From NCBI GenBank assembly GCA_030600525.1, contig JAUVLX010000001.1, forward strand, positions 1-37,305: a stretch of DNA of 37,305 nt, in the 5' to 3' direction. The notes under the pieces were generated by a model that ran no database searches, had not been told where the DNA came from, and worked only from the letters and a program-made list of their open reading frames with translations. The translations under genes were made by a program, and so were the position numbers. Of this stretch, positions 17,288 to 25,652 are shown one piece after another; positions within the stretch are counted from its first letter, which is position 1; every line of letters starts with the position of its first letter. Source of the DNA: Desulfobulbus sp. Lineage in GTDB: Bacteria > Desulfobacterota > Desulfobulbia > Desulfobulbales > Desulfobulbaceae.

Positions 17288-17460
17288 TCAGGTAGGTCTT
17301 CTGACTGTCCTCACTTCCAACGGCCTTCCCACTTTTCAGCAGTGGCGCACATGGTTGGAAGCATTTTTCCTTAACTCATTAAGGAGAGGTTTACAGCGGC
17401 GGGCCCGTCCCGGATTCACACCGGGTTCCCTTTTTAAGCTTGATTACAAGCACCTGAAAC
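17288..17460 (-). ncRNA. Cobalamin (B12) riboswitch
   Basis: Minus strand: CAGGTGC...TTAAAAAGGGAACCCGGTGTGAATCCGGGACGGGCCCGCCGCTGT...GCCACTG...GTGGGAAGG...AGTCAGAAGACCTACCTG (B12 box). Lies upstream of B12 genes. Confidence 0.95.
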
Positions 17461-17479
17461 AGGATAGAGGAAACACTAA

Positions 17480-17508
17480 AGTGTAGAATAAGGCAAGCTT
17501 TTTGTCAT
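17480..17508 (-). promoter_or_regulatory. Putative sigma70 promoter for the riboswitch operon
   Basis: ATGACA-17 bp-TACACT about 20 nt upstream of the aptamer. Confidence 0.55.
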
Positions 17509-17617
17509 GTAAAATAAGGGTCCTACAGCGTGGTGCTCTCGGTGTGAGGCTCCGTTTGATTGCTACTGTTATGTAATGGACAACAGGAATGGAGCAAATC
17601 TTTTATGCTGGAAAATC

Positions 17618-17663
17618 TTGACAAGTATGCATGTTTGTTTATATTAAATCGCCAAATGGCGAT
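17618..17663 (+). promoter_or_regulatory. Sigma70 promoter with ArsR-type operator
   Basis: TTGACA-16 bp-TATATT followed by the palindrome ATCGCCA-aa-TGGCGAT (17648-17663) over the expected start site. Confidence 0.7.
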
Positions 17664-17690
17664 ATGTGAATAAAACGATCTGGTGTATTG

Positions 17691-18050
17691 ATGAAATCAT
17701 TTATCAAGGTAATGAAGGCGTTGTCCGACCCTAATAGGGTGCGGGTACTTAAGCTGCTGAAAGGTAAAGAACTTTGTGTCTGTGAAATTCAGGCAGTTCT
17801 TGATCTCGCTCAATCGACAGTTTCCAAGCATATGAAACTGCTTGAAGATGCAGGTCTGGTGGACCGGTCTCGGCAGGGGACCTGGATTATTTACAGCCTG
17901 GCAGACGGAAGTGAGTCGGTTTATGCGCAGACCATGCTTTTAGAAATACAGCATTGGCTGGACGACGACCAGGAACTGAAAAGAATGTACGCTGCCATGC
18001 CTGATGCGATGGTATTGCGCGGTTGCAGCGCAAAAGATGGAATACACTGA
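17691..18050 (+). CDS. arsR: ArsR/SmtB family metalloregulator
   Basis: 'KALSDPNRVRVL', 'ELCVCEI' (As(III)-type site), 'QSTVSKHMKLL..AGLV'. Confidence 0.93.
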   Translation: MKSFIKVMKALSDPNRVRVLKLLKGKELCVCEIQAVLDLAQSTVSKHMKLLEDAGLVDRSRQGTWIIYSLADGSESVYAQTMLLEIQHWLDDDQELKRMYAAMPDAMVLRGCSAKDGIH

Positions 18051-18060
18051 CAGGAAAATC

Positions 18061-19125
18061 ATGGAACCAATAAATCTATTTACTAAAGGTGATGCTACAC
18101 CCAATACCCAGAGGGGAAAATTGCTCGTTGCCGGAGCTCTTGGCCTTGTCTTTTGGTATTTGATCTACATGCAACTGGAACCGTTCTCGTTCTTTTTTGC
18201 CTACTCTCTTCTTGGTCTTGAAAAAGGTAGCCACCTGGGCGAAGCGATCCAGTTTTTTGTTTATGATACACCGAAAGTGATGCTGCTGCTCACCTTGATC
18301 GTCTTTGTAATCGGCATGGTTCGCTCTTTCTTTACCCAGGAACGAACCAGGAAATACCTCGCAGGAAAAAGAGAAACAGGCGGGAATGTTATGGCCGCAT
18401 TGCTTGGTATTGTAACACCTTTTTGTTCATGTTCGGCAGTGCCTCTTTTTATCGGTTTTGTTCAGGCAGGAGTGCCTCTTGGAGTGACTTTCTCGTTTTT
18501 GGTCGCGGCCCCCATGGTCAATGAGATTGCCTTGGTGTTACTTTACGGGTTGCTTGGTTGGAAGGTCGCGGCTCTTTATCTGGGCACTGGGCTTTTGATT
18601 GCCATGGTCTCTGGCTGGGTGATAGGGCGTCTGAAGCTTGAACACTGGATTGAAGACTGGGTCCAGGAGTTAAGAGCTGGCGAGGCAATCGTCATTGAAG
18701 AAAAACTTACCTGGACAGACAGGGTTACGCGTGGACGTGAGGCGGTCAGGGATATTGTCGGTAAGGTCTGGATATACGTGGTGGCTGGTATCGGCGTTGG
18801 TGCCGCTATTCATGGGTATGTACCGGAAGATTTTATGGCGACCATTATGGGTAAAGATGCCTGGTGGTCGGTACCTGCTGCAGTTGTTGTTGGTATTCCC
18901 ATGTACTCAAATGCTGCAGGCATTGTACCGGTGGTGGAAGCACTGCTCGGTAAAGGTGCAGCTCTGGGGACAGTGCTTGCCTTTATGATGAGCGTTATTG
19001 CACTGTCGTTACCTGAAATGGTGATTTTGCGCAAGGTGCTGAAACCGAAACTCATTGCCGTCTTTATTGCTGTTGTCGGGATGGGGATTCTTTTCACCGG
19101 TTATCTGTTTAACCTGGTTATCTGA
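18061..19125 (+). CDS. DUF318 / ArsP-family permease
   Basis: 'TPFCSCSAVPLF', 'APMVNE', 'ALSLPE' motifs; follows arsR. Confidence 0.9.
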   Translation: MEPINLFTKGDATPNTQRGKLLVAGALGLVFWYLIYMQLEPFSFFFAYSLLGLEKGSHLGEAIQFFVYDTPKVMLLLTLIVFVIGMVRSFFTQERTRKYLAGKRETGGNVMAALLGIVTPFCSCSAVPLFIGFVQAGVPLGVTFSFLVAAPMVNEIALVLLYGLLGWKVAALYLGTGLLIAMVSGWVIGRLKLEHWIEDWVQELRAGEAIVIEEKLTWTDRVTRGREAVRDIVGKVWIYVVAGIGVGAAIHGYVPEDFMATIMGKDAWWSVPAAVVVGIPMYSNAAGIVPVVEALLGKGAALGTVLAFMMSVIALSLPEMVILRKVLKPKLIAVFIAVVGMGILFTGYLFNLVI

Positions 19126-19194
19126 TGGATGAGGTATTTTTGAAGATTAACGCTTTTTGCAATTTTAACTGTTTGGAATTTTTTGGAGGAAAGG

Positions 19195-19425
19195 ATGGAA
19201 ATTAAGGTATGCGGGCCAGGATGTGCTTCCTGCGAACAAGCACAAAAAACTGTTGAGGCTGCTCTTGTTGCCAAGGGTGTCGAGGCGACGGTTACCAAGG
19301 TGACAGATTTTCAGGAAATAGCCCAGTTGGGAATTTTTTCAACCCCGGCGGTCGTCATCGATGGTGAGGTCAAATGTGTTGGCAGGGCTCCGAACCAGAA
19401 AGAAGTGGAAGGTTGGTTGGGGTAA
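19195..19425 (+). CDS. Small thioredoxin-like redox-active disulfide protein
   Basis: 'GPGCASC' and 'TPAVVIDGEV'; a common partner of ArsP permeases. Confidence 0.9.
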   Translation: MEIKVCGPGCASCEQAQKTVEAALVAKGVEATVTKVTDFQEIAQLGIFSTPAVVIDGEVKCVGRAPNQKEVEGWLG

Positions 19426-19455
19426 GAGAAAAAAGAGGAAAATGAAAAATGATAG

Positions 19456-19496
19456 AAAAAGGCTGGCAAATGGTTATCATTTGTCAGCCTTTTTTT
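19456..19496. terminator. Bidirectional intrinsic terminator
   Basis: AAAAAGGCTGGCAAATG-gttat-CATTTGTCAGCCTTTTTTT between convergent genes. Confidence 0.8.
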
Positions 19497-19563
19497 GTTG
19501 TTTCTCGGGCTGTGTTTGAACCTTTGGAAGTTGGTTCTTCAGCTAAATGAAAGCGAACTACCC

Positions 19564-20577
19564 TTATTTGTATCCCTGAGGATTGGCTGATTGCCAGCGC
19601 CAGGTGTCTTCACACATCTCAACTACCCCCCGTTGGGCTTGCCAGTTCAATTCCTTACCGGCTAGGGATGGGTCTGCCCAGCACTGAGCAATATCACCTG
19701 ATCGGCGGGGGGCTATCCTGTAGGGGACCTTTTTGCCACTAGCCTTTTCAAAGGCGCTGACCATCTCCAGTACTGAGTAGCCTTGGCCGGTGCCGAGGTT
19801 GTAAGTTACAACTCCTGGATTTTCAGTGAGTTTTTCCAAAGCACGCAGATGCCCAATGGCCAGGTCAACCACATGAATGTAATCACGCACACCGGTGCCG
19901 TCTGGTGTAGAATAGTCATTGCCAAAGACTGCAAGCTCTGAGAGTTTTCCCACCGCAACCTGAGAGATGTAGGGCATGAGATTGTTAGGGATGCCGTTAG
20001 GATCTTCTCCTATTTGCCCGCTCTTATGCGCTCCAACAGGATTGAAGTAGCGTAGCAGAGCAATATTCCATGTTGGATCAGGTATGGCCAGGTCCCGTAG
20101 GATTTCCTCGACCATCAGTTTGGTTCGTCCATAAGGGTTGGTGCAGGAAAGCGGGAAATTTTCAACGATAGGAACGGTCGCAGGATCACCATAAACGGTA
20201 GCAGAAGAGCTGAATACAATATTTTTGATCCCAAACTCCTGCATCACATTACAAAGGTTGAGCGTACCAGTGATATTATTGTGGTAATAAGCAAGCGGTT
20301 TTTCCACTGACTCACCAACGGCCTTGAGACCGGCAAAGTGGATGACTGCATCTGTATCCGCTGCCTTTGCAAAAACTTCTCGTGTCTGCTGTTCATCAAG
20401 CAGATCTGCTTCAAAAAAAATGATGGATTTGCCGGTAATTTTTTCCACCCGACGAATGGATTCTTTGGAGGAATTACTGAGGTTGTCTAAAATGGTGACC
20501 CTGTGTCCGGCTTCAAGCAGTTCCAGACAGGTATGGCTGCCGATGTAACCGGCACCACCGGTGACTAAAATATGCAT
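19564..20577 (-). CDS. galE: UDP-glucose 4-epimerase
   Basis: '[10 protein letters not shown]', '[11 protein letters not shown]', 'PYGRTK', '[10 protein letters not shown]', '[11 protein letters not shown]'. Confidence 0.97.
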   Translation of the reverse strand: MHILVTGGAGYIGSHTCLELLEAGHRVTILDNLSNSSKESIRRVEKITGKSIIFFEADLLDEQQTREVFAKAADTDAVIHFAGLKAVGESVEKPLAYYHNNITGTLNLCNVMQEFGIKNIVFSSSATVYGDPATVPIVENFPLSCTNPYGRTKLMVEEILRDLAIPDPTWNIALLRYFNPVGAHKSGQIGEDPNGIPNNLMPYISQVAVGKLSELAVFGNDYSTPDGTGVRDYIHVVDLAIGHLRALEKLTENPGVVTYNLGTGQGYSVLEMVSAFEKASGKKVPYRIAPRRSGDIAQCWADPSLAGKELNWQAQRGVVEMCEDTWRWQSANPQGYK

Positions 20578-20774
20578 TATGTACTCCTGTGGAGGGAATA
20601 AAGAATTAGCGCAAACTGCATAATACCAAGTATAATAATGGGTTTGTAGAAAAATGAAATTGGTTTTTATTCTATAGAGATACTTAGGTTATATGCGTGT
20701 CAGTTCATTTTTAACACCGCTATTAGTTTACTTATTGTCTCGTTACCAGGAACTAGAGGGGCGGTGGGAACGGT

Positions 20775-22073
20775 TTGCTGTATAAAATAACATTTGCAAT
20801 CACCTTTCTTTTGATTTCACTGCTGTCGATTAAATTATCCTCAGTTAAATCGGCTTCTGGTTTTTCAGTGGCAGACAGGTCACTTCGTTATACCGGTGTT
20901 TCCTGGATAATTATCGGAACCCTTGTCGGCGGCATCTCGACTATCGGTACGGTACAGACGGCATATACCCATGGCATTTCTGCCTGGATATTTACCCTGG
21001 GTAGCGGCATTTCCTGTCTCCTGCTTGGCTTGTTTTTTGCCAAAGGATTACGGGAGTCTGGAGTTGTAACGGTATCCGAGTATCTGGGGCGCGCTTTTGG
21101 GCACCGGTTTCGCTGTTATTGCAGTATCGTTAATTCGATTGGCATGTTTATTCACATTGTCGGTCAATTTCTGGCTTCAATTGCCATCCTCCAAGCAGTC
21201 TTTCATTTTAATGCTGGTTGGGCTGTAATTTTAACCAGCATATTTATGGGTATTTTTGTTATTACCGGTGGTATTGCCGGGGCTGGTTTAGTTGGTAAAA
21301 TTAAATTTTTCCTGCTGTATGTGATCATGTTAGTGAGTGCTGGGGTGGCCCTGTACAAGGGCGGTGGCCTTGGGGAAATTCTTTCAGGTTTGCCCTCAGA
21401 TGCTGATATGCTCAGTTTGCATCATTATGGTATACCCGCAGCGTCTATTCACATGGTTTCCATGGTGGTCGGGGTCCTTTCCACTCAGATATATTTACAG
21501 GCCATTTTTTCAGCCAGAGATGTGAGGGAAGCGAGAAACGGCGCTTTTCTCAGTGCTGCTGTGATTCCGCCCATCGGATTACTCGGTATTGTTATCGGTC
21601 TGTATTTACGAGCGAATTTTTCTGAGATCAGTGGGGGTACGGCTCAGGCACTTCCCTTTTTTCTCTATTATAGTTTTCCGCCGCTTATTGCCGCGTTTTT
21701 TTCTGCTGGTATTCTGCTGATTGTACTCGGCACCGGAGCCGGTTTGCTGCTTGGGGTTACGACCAATATATATAACGATTTCTTTCACCAGAAAATCAAA
21801 GGGCACCCCTTTTTAAAGCCGCTGCCGTTACTACGTGCTTTGACTCTTTTTGTTCTTTTCGCTGCAACCGTGCTGGTTTTTACTGGGCTTGATTCCGCAA
21901 TCCTTAAATGGAGTTATATGTCAATGGGCTTGCGTGGTTCTGCTGTGTTTATGGGGCTTGTTATTCTGGTTTTTTTCAAAACATTGCAGCAATCGAAATG
22001 GGTGGTTTTCTTTCTATATATTATTCCTGTTGTCTATGTTCTTGTGAATATGAACATGGGTGGTGGACGTTGA
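20775..22073 (+). CDS. Sodium:solute symporter (SSS/SLC5) family protein
   Basis: About 12-13 TM segments; 'F.VADRSL', 'GTLVGGISTIG', 'TVSEYLG.AFG', 'Q.YLQAIFSARD...AR'. Substrate unknown. Confidence 0.85.
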   Translation: MLYKITFAITFLLISLLSIKLSSVKSASGFSVADRSLRYTGVSWIIIGTLVGGISTIGTVQTAYTHGISAWIFTLGSGISCLLLGLFFAKGLRESGVVTVSEYLGRAFGHRFRCYCSIVNSIGMFIHIVGQFLASIAILQAVFHFNAGWAVILTSIFMGIFVITGGIAGAGLVGKIKFFLLYVIMLVSAGVALYKGGGLGEILSGLPSDADMLSLHHYGIPAASIHMVSMVVGVLSTQIYLQAIFSARDVREARNGAFLSAAVIPPIGLLGIVIGLYLRANFSEISGGTAQALPFFLYYSFPPLIAAFFSAGILLIVLGTGAGLLLGVTTNIYNDFFHQKIKGHPFLKPLPLLRALTLFVLFAATVLVFTGLDSAILKWSYMSMGLRGSAVFMGLVILVFFKTLQQSKWVVFFLYIIPVVYVLVNMNMGGGR

Positions 22074-22217
22074 ATGTTTATTTTTAGTGATCTGGAAAAC
22101 GGGAGATTGGCAGAAGGGGTATGAGGCTGTCCGCCATGGTTGTTGTGGTTTTCTATGTATAAAGTATGATGCTTGTGGTGGATGGAATCCTTTTCATTTT
22201 ATTATTCGATAGTTATT

Positions 22218-22817
22218 ATGATGTTACCTAAACTTACCCTTGCTGACCTCGCCCGTTCCGGTCATGTGACTCGCTGGCACAGTGTTCGTACGTCCAGAGA
22301 TCAGACCCTGGCAGAACATCACTATATGGTCACCCGGATCTCAAACAGGCTTGCCAAAGATATCATCGGGCCGGATTTGACCGATACTGATCTGCTACAG
22401 ATTATGGAATACGCATCTCTCCACGACACCCCGGAACTGCTTACTGGTGATTTGCCAAGCCCGCTTAAACAGCATATTGAGTATTTAAGTGGAGAAAATA
22501 ATCCCATTGAAGCCATAGAAAAAGAAATTGCTCCCTGGTTGTTTGAGATGAAGGAAGCCATCCGTCGCGATCATCCAGAGCATCTGTTGATTGTAAAGCT
22601 TGCCGATATTATTGATGCCCTTGTTTTTATAACTGATGAAGGCATTGGGATACACGCAAAAAAGGTTATTGAACTTCTTTACGAGATGCTTGAAAATAAA
22701 CTCAAACAGGGGATAACTACTTTTCCCCAATATAATTGGCGGCGAACGGTTGATTTACTCAATGAATTATTGCAGAATGCAGACGAATCCAAGGTGGCTT
22801 TCGAATTGCGTCCATAA
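22218..22817 (+). CDS. HD-domain nucleotide phosphohydrolase (YfbR/DatZ-like)
   Basis: 'HVTRW', 'QTLAEH', 'LHDTPELLTGDLPSPLK', 'VKLAD'; the H...HD...D metal ligands are intact. Start uncertain (22173, 22218 or 22221). Confidence 0.88.
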   Translation: MMLPKLTLADLARSGHVTRWHSVRTSRDQTLAEHHYMVTRISNRLAKDIIGPDLTDTDLLQIMEYASLHDTPELLTGDLPSPLKQHIEYLSGENNPIEAIEKEIAPWLFEMKEAIRRDHPEHLLIVKLADIIDALVFITDEGIGIHAKKVIELLYEMLENKLKQGITTFPQYNWRRTVDLLNELLQNADESKVAFELRP

Positions 22818-23238
22818 TAAAGGCCCATTACTCGTAGAGTAACGTAGGTTGACTACCATCGTGATCAAGTCTAATTAAGGCGTATTCTCGAGGGGGAATC
22901 CGTCGCCAATAGAACCAGAAGTCAGTTGGTTAACGTCTTTTAACTGCGCCGCCCCTTTCTCTGGCACGTCATGCTCCTTGGCCATTGTCCTGCCTTTTCC
23001 TGAAAGCACCAAATAGCGAATTGTTATCAACCCTGCTGTTTGGGTTGACTGGTCCGCAAACCTTTTGGCCTTTTTTCGTTGTGGGTACTGTTTAATTTTA
23101 ATTAGGTGGTGCTTGCTTTTGACACACCCTTCGCAATCTGCAGGGCTGCACGAGGGGGTGAGGTGGCTAAGAAGAGCAGTGCAAAACCGACTTGGCTAAA
23201 AAATCAATTGCCAGATGTCAGGGCGTTTGTGGCGATTG

Positions 23239-24075
23239 TCAGCGGAGGTGGGTTGTACCAGAGTTGAGTTCCTTGCTCACATGGTTCCACCACCTTTGTT
23301 GCATTTTAGGTGAGTAGTAAAGCGAAGTGTCCTGGTCAAATTCAGTATGTTTATCAAGGATATCTTTATTATAGCTGTTGATGATATCTTGAATCCAGAC
23401 AATGGCCAGCTGTTGGGCTTCTCTCGCTGTATTACCCATGATGGGGAGCCCTTGGCGGTACTGATTTTTTTCTTTGCTTATCCTTTGAGCAGTAATTTCC
23501 AGCAACGCAAAGTGAATCTGTTCGTGTTGGAGGACGTAGCCTTTTTTACCGGCAGGTATTTTGGGGTTCCACCAGGAATTTTCAGGTATAAAAACAGCCT
23601 CAAATGAGAGATTGTCGATGTCTGCAAAGTACAGGGGCACCCCTTTAAAACTGCTGTTTCGCACTGTAATTTTCGTGGAACTTTTGGGGCGTATCTGAAC
23701 ACTTGAACGGGCATTGAAATGTTCTTCCATCCCCTTTGTACCCTCTTGCAGTGATGGCGCACGAAAATCATTTTGTTGCAGTTGTCGGTATGTGAAAAAA
23801 GTTGTTGGCTGTTTCGATGCTGGTCGAATTTGTGGAGCAGCATAGTCTGGGAGTTGTGTGCAGCAGGGTAGAATCGCCACAACAAAGAGCAGAGAGAGAA
23901 AACGAGCTTGATCGGAAAAAATACAAAGCAAAAGAGTTTGCAATCTAGTTATGAAAAACAAGCGAAGACGAACAGTAGGACTGTTTGAAGGACGAATTGA
24001 TGCTTCTTGCAGTAGGAGCATTGGGTCTAGCCTGTGCGCAACAGAAGAGGGATGGATTGTGCTACTTTTGGGCAA
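23239..24075 (-). CDS. DUF922-like putative Zn metalloprotease / lipoprotein
   Basis: 'VLQHEQIHFALLE' HExxH motif and a hydrophobic stretch ending 'ILPCC' (possible lipobox). The true start is probably well downstream of 24075. Confidence 0.6.
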   Translation of the reverse strand: MPKSSTIHPSSVAHRLDPMLLLQEASIRPSNSPTVRLRLFFITRLQTLLLCIFSDQARFLSLLFVVAILPCCTQLPDYAAPQIRPASKQPTTFFTYRQLQQNDFRAPSLQEGTKGMEEHFNARSSVQIRPKSSTKITVRNSSFKGVPLYFADIDNLSFEAVFIPENSWWNPKIPAGKKGYVLQHEQIHFALLEITAQRISKEKNQYRQGLPIMGNTAREAQQLAIVWIQDIINSYNKDILDKHTEFDQDTSLYYSPKMQQRWWNHVSKELNSGTTHLR

Positions 24076-24101
24076 CCCCTTTTTTGTAGGGAAGTGTGGG
24101 G

Positions 24102-24146
24102 ATTGATCTACCAGGCAGGCATTAAGTGCCTTCCTGGTAGATCAAT
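24102..24146. terminator. Strong hairpin downstream of the ompA-like gene (terminator or mRNA stabiliser)
   Basis: ATTGATCTACCAGGcAGGCA-ttaag-TGCCTtCCTGGTAGATCAAT; no clear U tract. Confidence 0.6.
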
Positions 24147-24165
24147 GACGTTGGTAATTTGAGTA

Positions 24166-25236
24166 TTACATACCGGTTATAATACTTTCTACACGGCGAT
24201 TCTTGGCACGTCCAGTTTCAGTATCGTTACTGTCGGTAGGATCGGCTTTACCAAACCAACTCAAGGTAATTCTTTTGTTGTCAATGCCGCCCTTTTCTAC
24301 CAAATAGGTCCGGACACTTGCAGCACGTCGTTGTGAAAGTTTCAGGTTGTACTCTTCTGAACCGAGACTGTCAGTATGTCCAGCAAGGGTGACCTGAGCT
24401 TTGGGGTTTTCTTGAAGGAGAATTGTAAGTTCGTTCAGCGCTACATAATTTTCAGGTTTTACGACATCTTTATCAAAGTCAAAATGGATGTTGTTGACAC
24501 TGGTGCCGACAACTTTCGCTTTTGGCATGTCTTGATTCTTAACCATGAAAAGTGGATTGGTGAGCCATTCTGGATGACCAAGAAGCTTGGAGAACTGAAT
24601 AACTTTACCGCAATCACTAGCGCTAGCAACGGCATTGACAGCTTGGTCACCGTTGGTGTCGTCGTCGGTATCAATAACGTAAAAGCAGACTTTATATTTT
24701 TCTGCAAGTTGTTTAGCGATGATTCCAGGAGCAGGAAGTCCACGGTTAACTGTGTATTGTCCATCGGTAAAAAGAAAAACTACTGTTTCGCCCTGAAGTT
24801 TGCCAAGGATAGGATCTAGGGAAACGAGTCCGTTTTGGAGTAAGGTGTTTCCTGACGGCCTGGAAGGGAGCGTCTCTATTGTGGAGGTGAATGCCCCTTT
24901 ATCGAATGTTTGCATGGGTAAATAGCTTTTGAATGCTTCTTTGCCAAACCCAGGAGTAAAAGTGTATATGCCAGCTTGCCAATCAAGTGCTGGTAAGGTA
25001 GCATTTTTCTCGTTCAGTATCTGCCGTTCGATATCCAGTCTCGTTTGATCGCCGCTTGTGGCTTTCATAGAGCTGGAAGAGTCATATAATATAATAAAGT
25101 TGTCTGCCAGTTTGACAAAGACCACCTTTTTACCATTGACCATTTTTGGGGTTTCTTTTGCAAGCACTGAACTGGCAAAACATGATGCAAGCAGCAGGGT
25201 AAGACCAAGAATAAAACTCTTGTGGATCATCCTCAT
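24166..25236 (-). CDS. OmpA-family peptidoglycan-binding protein with N-terminal vWA domain
   Basis: Signal peptide; MIDAS 'YDSSSSM...T...FTDG'; OmpA C-terminal 'FDFDK', 'GHTDSLGSEEYNLKLSQRRA', 'GRAKNRRVE'. Confidence 0.92.
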   Translation of the reverse strand: MRMIHKSFILGLTLLLASCFASSVLAKETPKMVNGKKVVFVKLADNFIILYDSSSSMKATSGDQTRLDIERQILNEKNATLPALDWQAGIYTFTPGFGKEAFKSYLPMQTFDKGAFTSTIETLPSRPSGNTLLQNGLVSLDPILGKLQGETVVFLFTDGQYTVNRGLPAPGIIAKQLAEKYKVCFYVIDTDDDTNGDQAVNAVASASDCGKVIQFSKLLGHPEWLTNPLFMVKNQDMPKAKVVGTSVNNIHFDFDKDVVKPENYVALNELTILLQENPKAQVTLAGHTDSLGSEEYNLKLSQRRAASVRTYLVEKGGIDNKRITLSWFGKADPTDSNDTETGRAKNRRVESIITGM

Positions 25237-25289
25237 TGTGTTCTCCTTTGCTGTTGTTATGAAAAGTAGAATAACGAATTAACTATAAA

Positions 25290-25318
25290 ATTATAATGCA
25301 GGAGTGGTAAGAGGTCAA
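25290..25318 (-). promoter_or_regulatory. Near-consensus sigma70 promoter for vWA-OmpA
   Basis: TTGACC-17 bp-TATAAT. Confidence 0.7.
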
Positions 25319-25652
25319 TTGGCAATTTAAAGAAAAAAATCACTTGCCTGTGAAGGTATTGGTGTGGATCCGTTTGGCGCAGAGCTGAGAAATTGCCTGC
25401 TTATGGAATAGTGGATACATTTTGCTTATCGTTAATACGGTTGACTGGATATTGATTACACCTGCCATGCTCCAGCACTTACCCAATATTGTACACACCG
25501 TTTGCACCGCAATTAGAAGGGGCTGGTACCGGAAAGAAAAAGGTGGAACTATGCCTTCTGGACGCAATTGTGTTCTGCTGTTTCTCTGGAATGATTACTG
25601 AATTTCTGGCATTTCCATTCGTTTTTTTTACAATAAATTGAGCCTTAACAAT

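Noticed and set aside
17184-17486. 100-aa ORF on + strand
   Set aside because: Antisense to the cobalamin riboswitch and its expression platform.
20580-20774. Possible riboswitch upstream of the symporter
   Set aside because: No TPP, purine, SAM or other aptamer motif recognised; AT-rich divergent promoter region.
25340-25567. 75-aa ORF in the ompA-AKR divergent spacer
   Set aside because: No clear RBS or recognisable motif; probably spurious promoter-region ORF.
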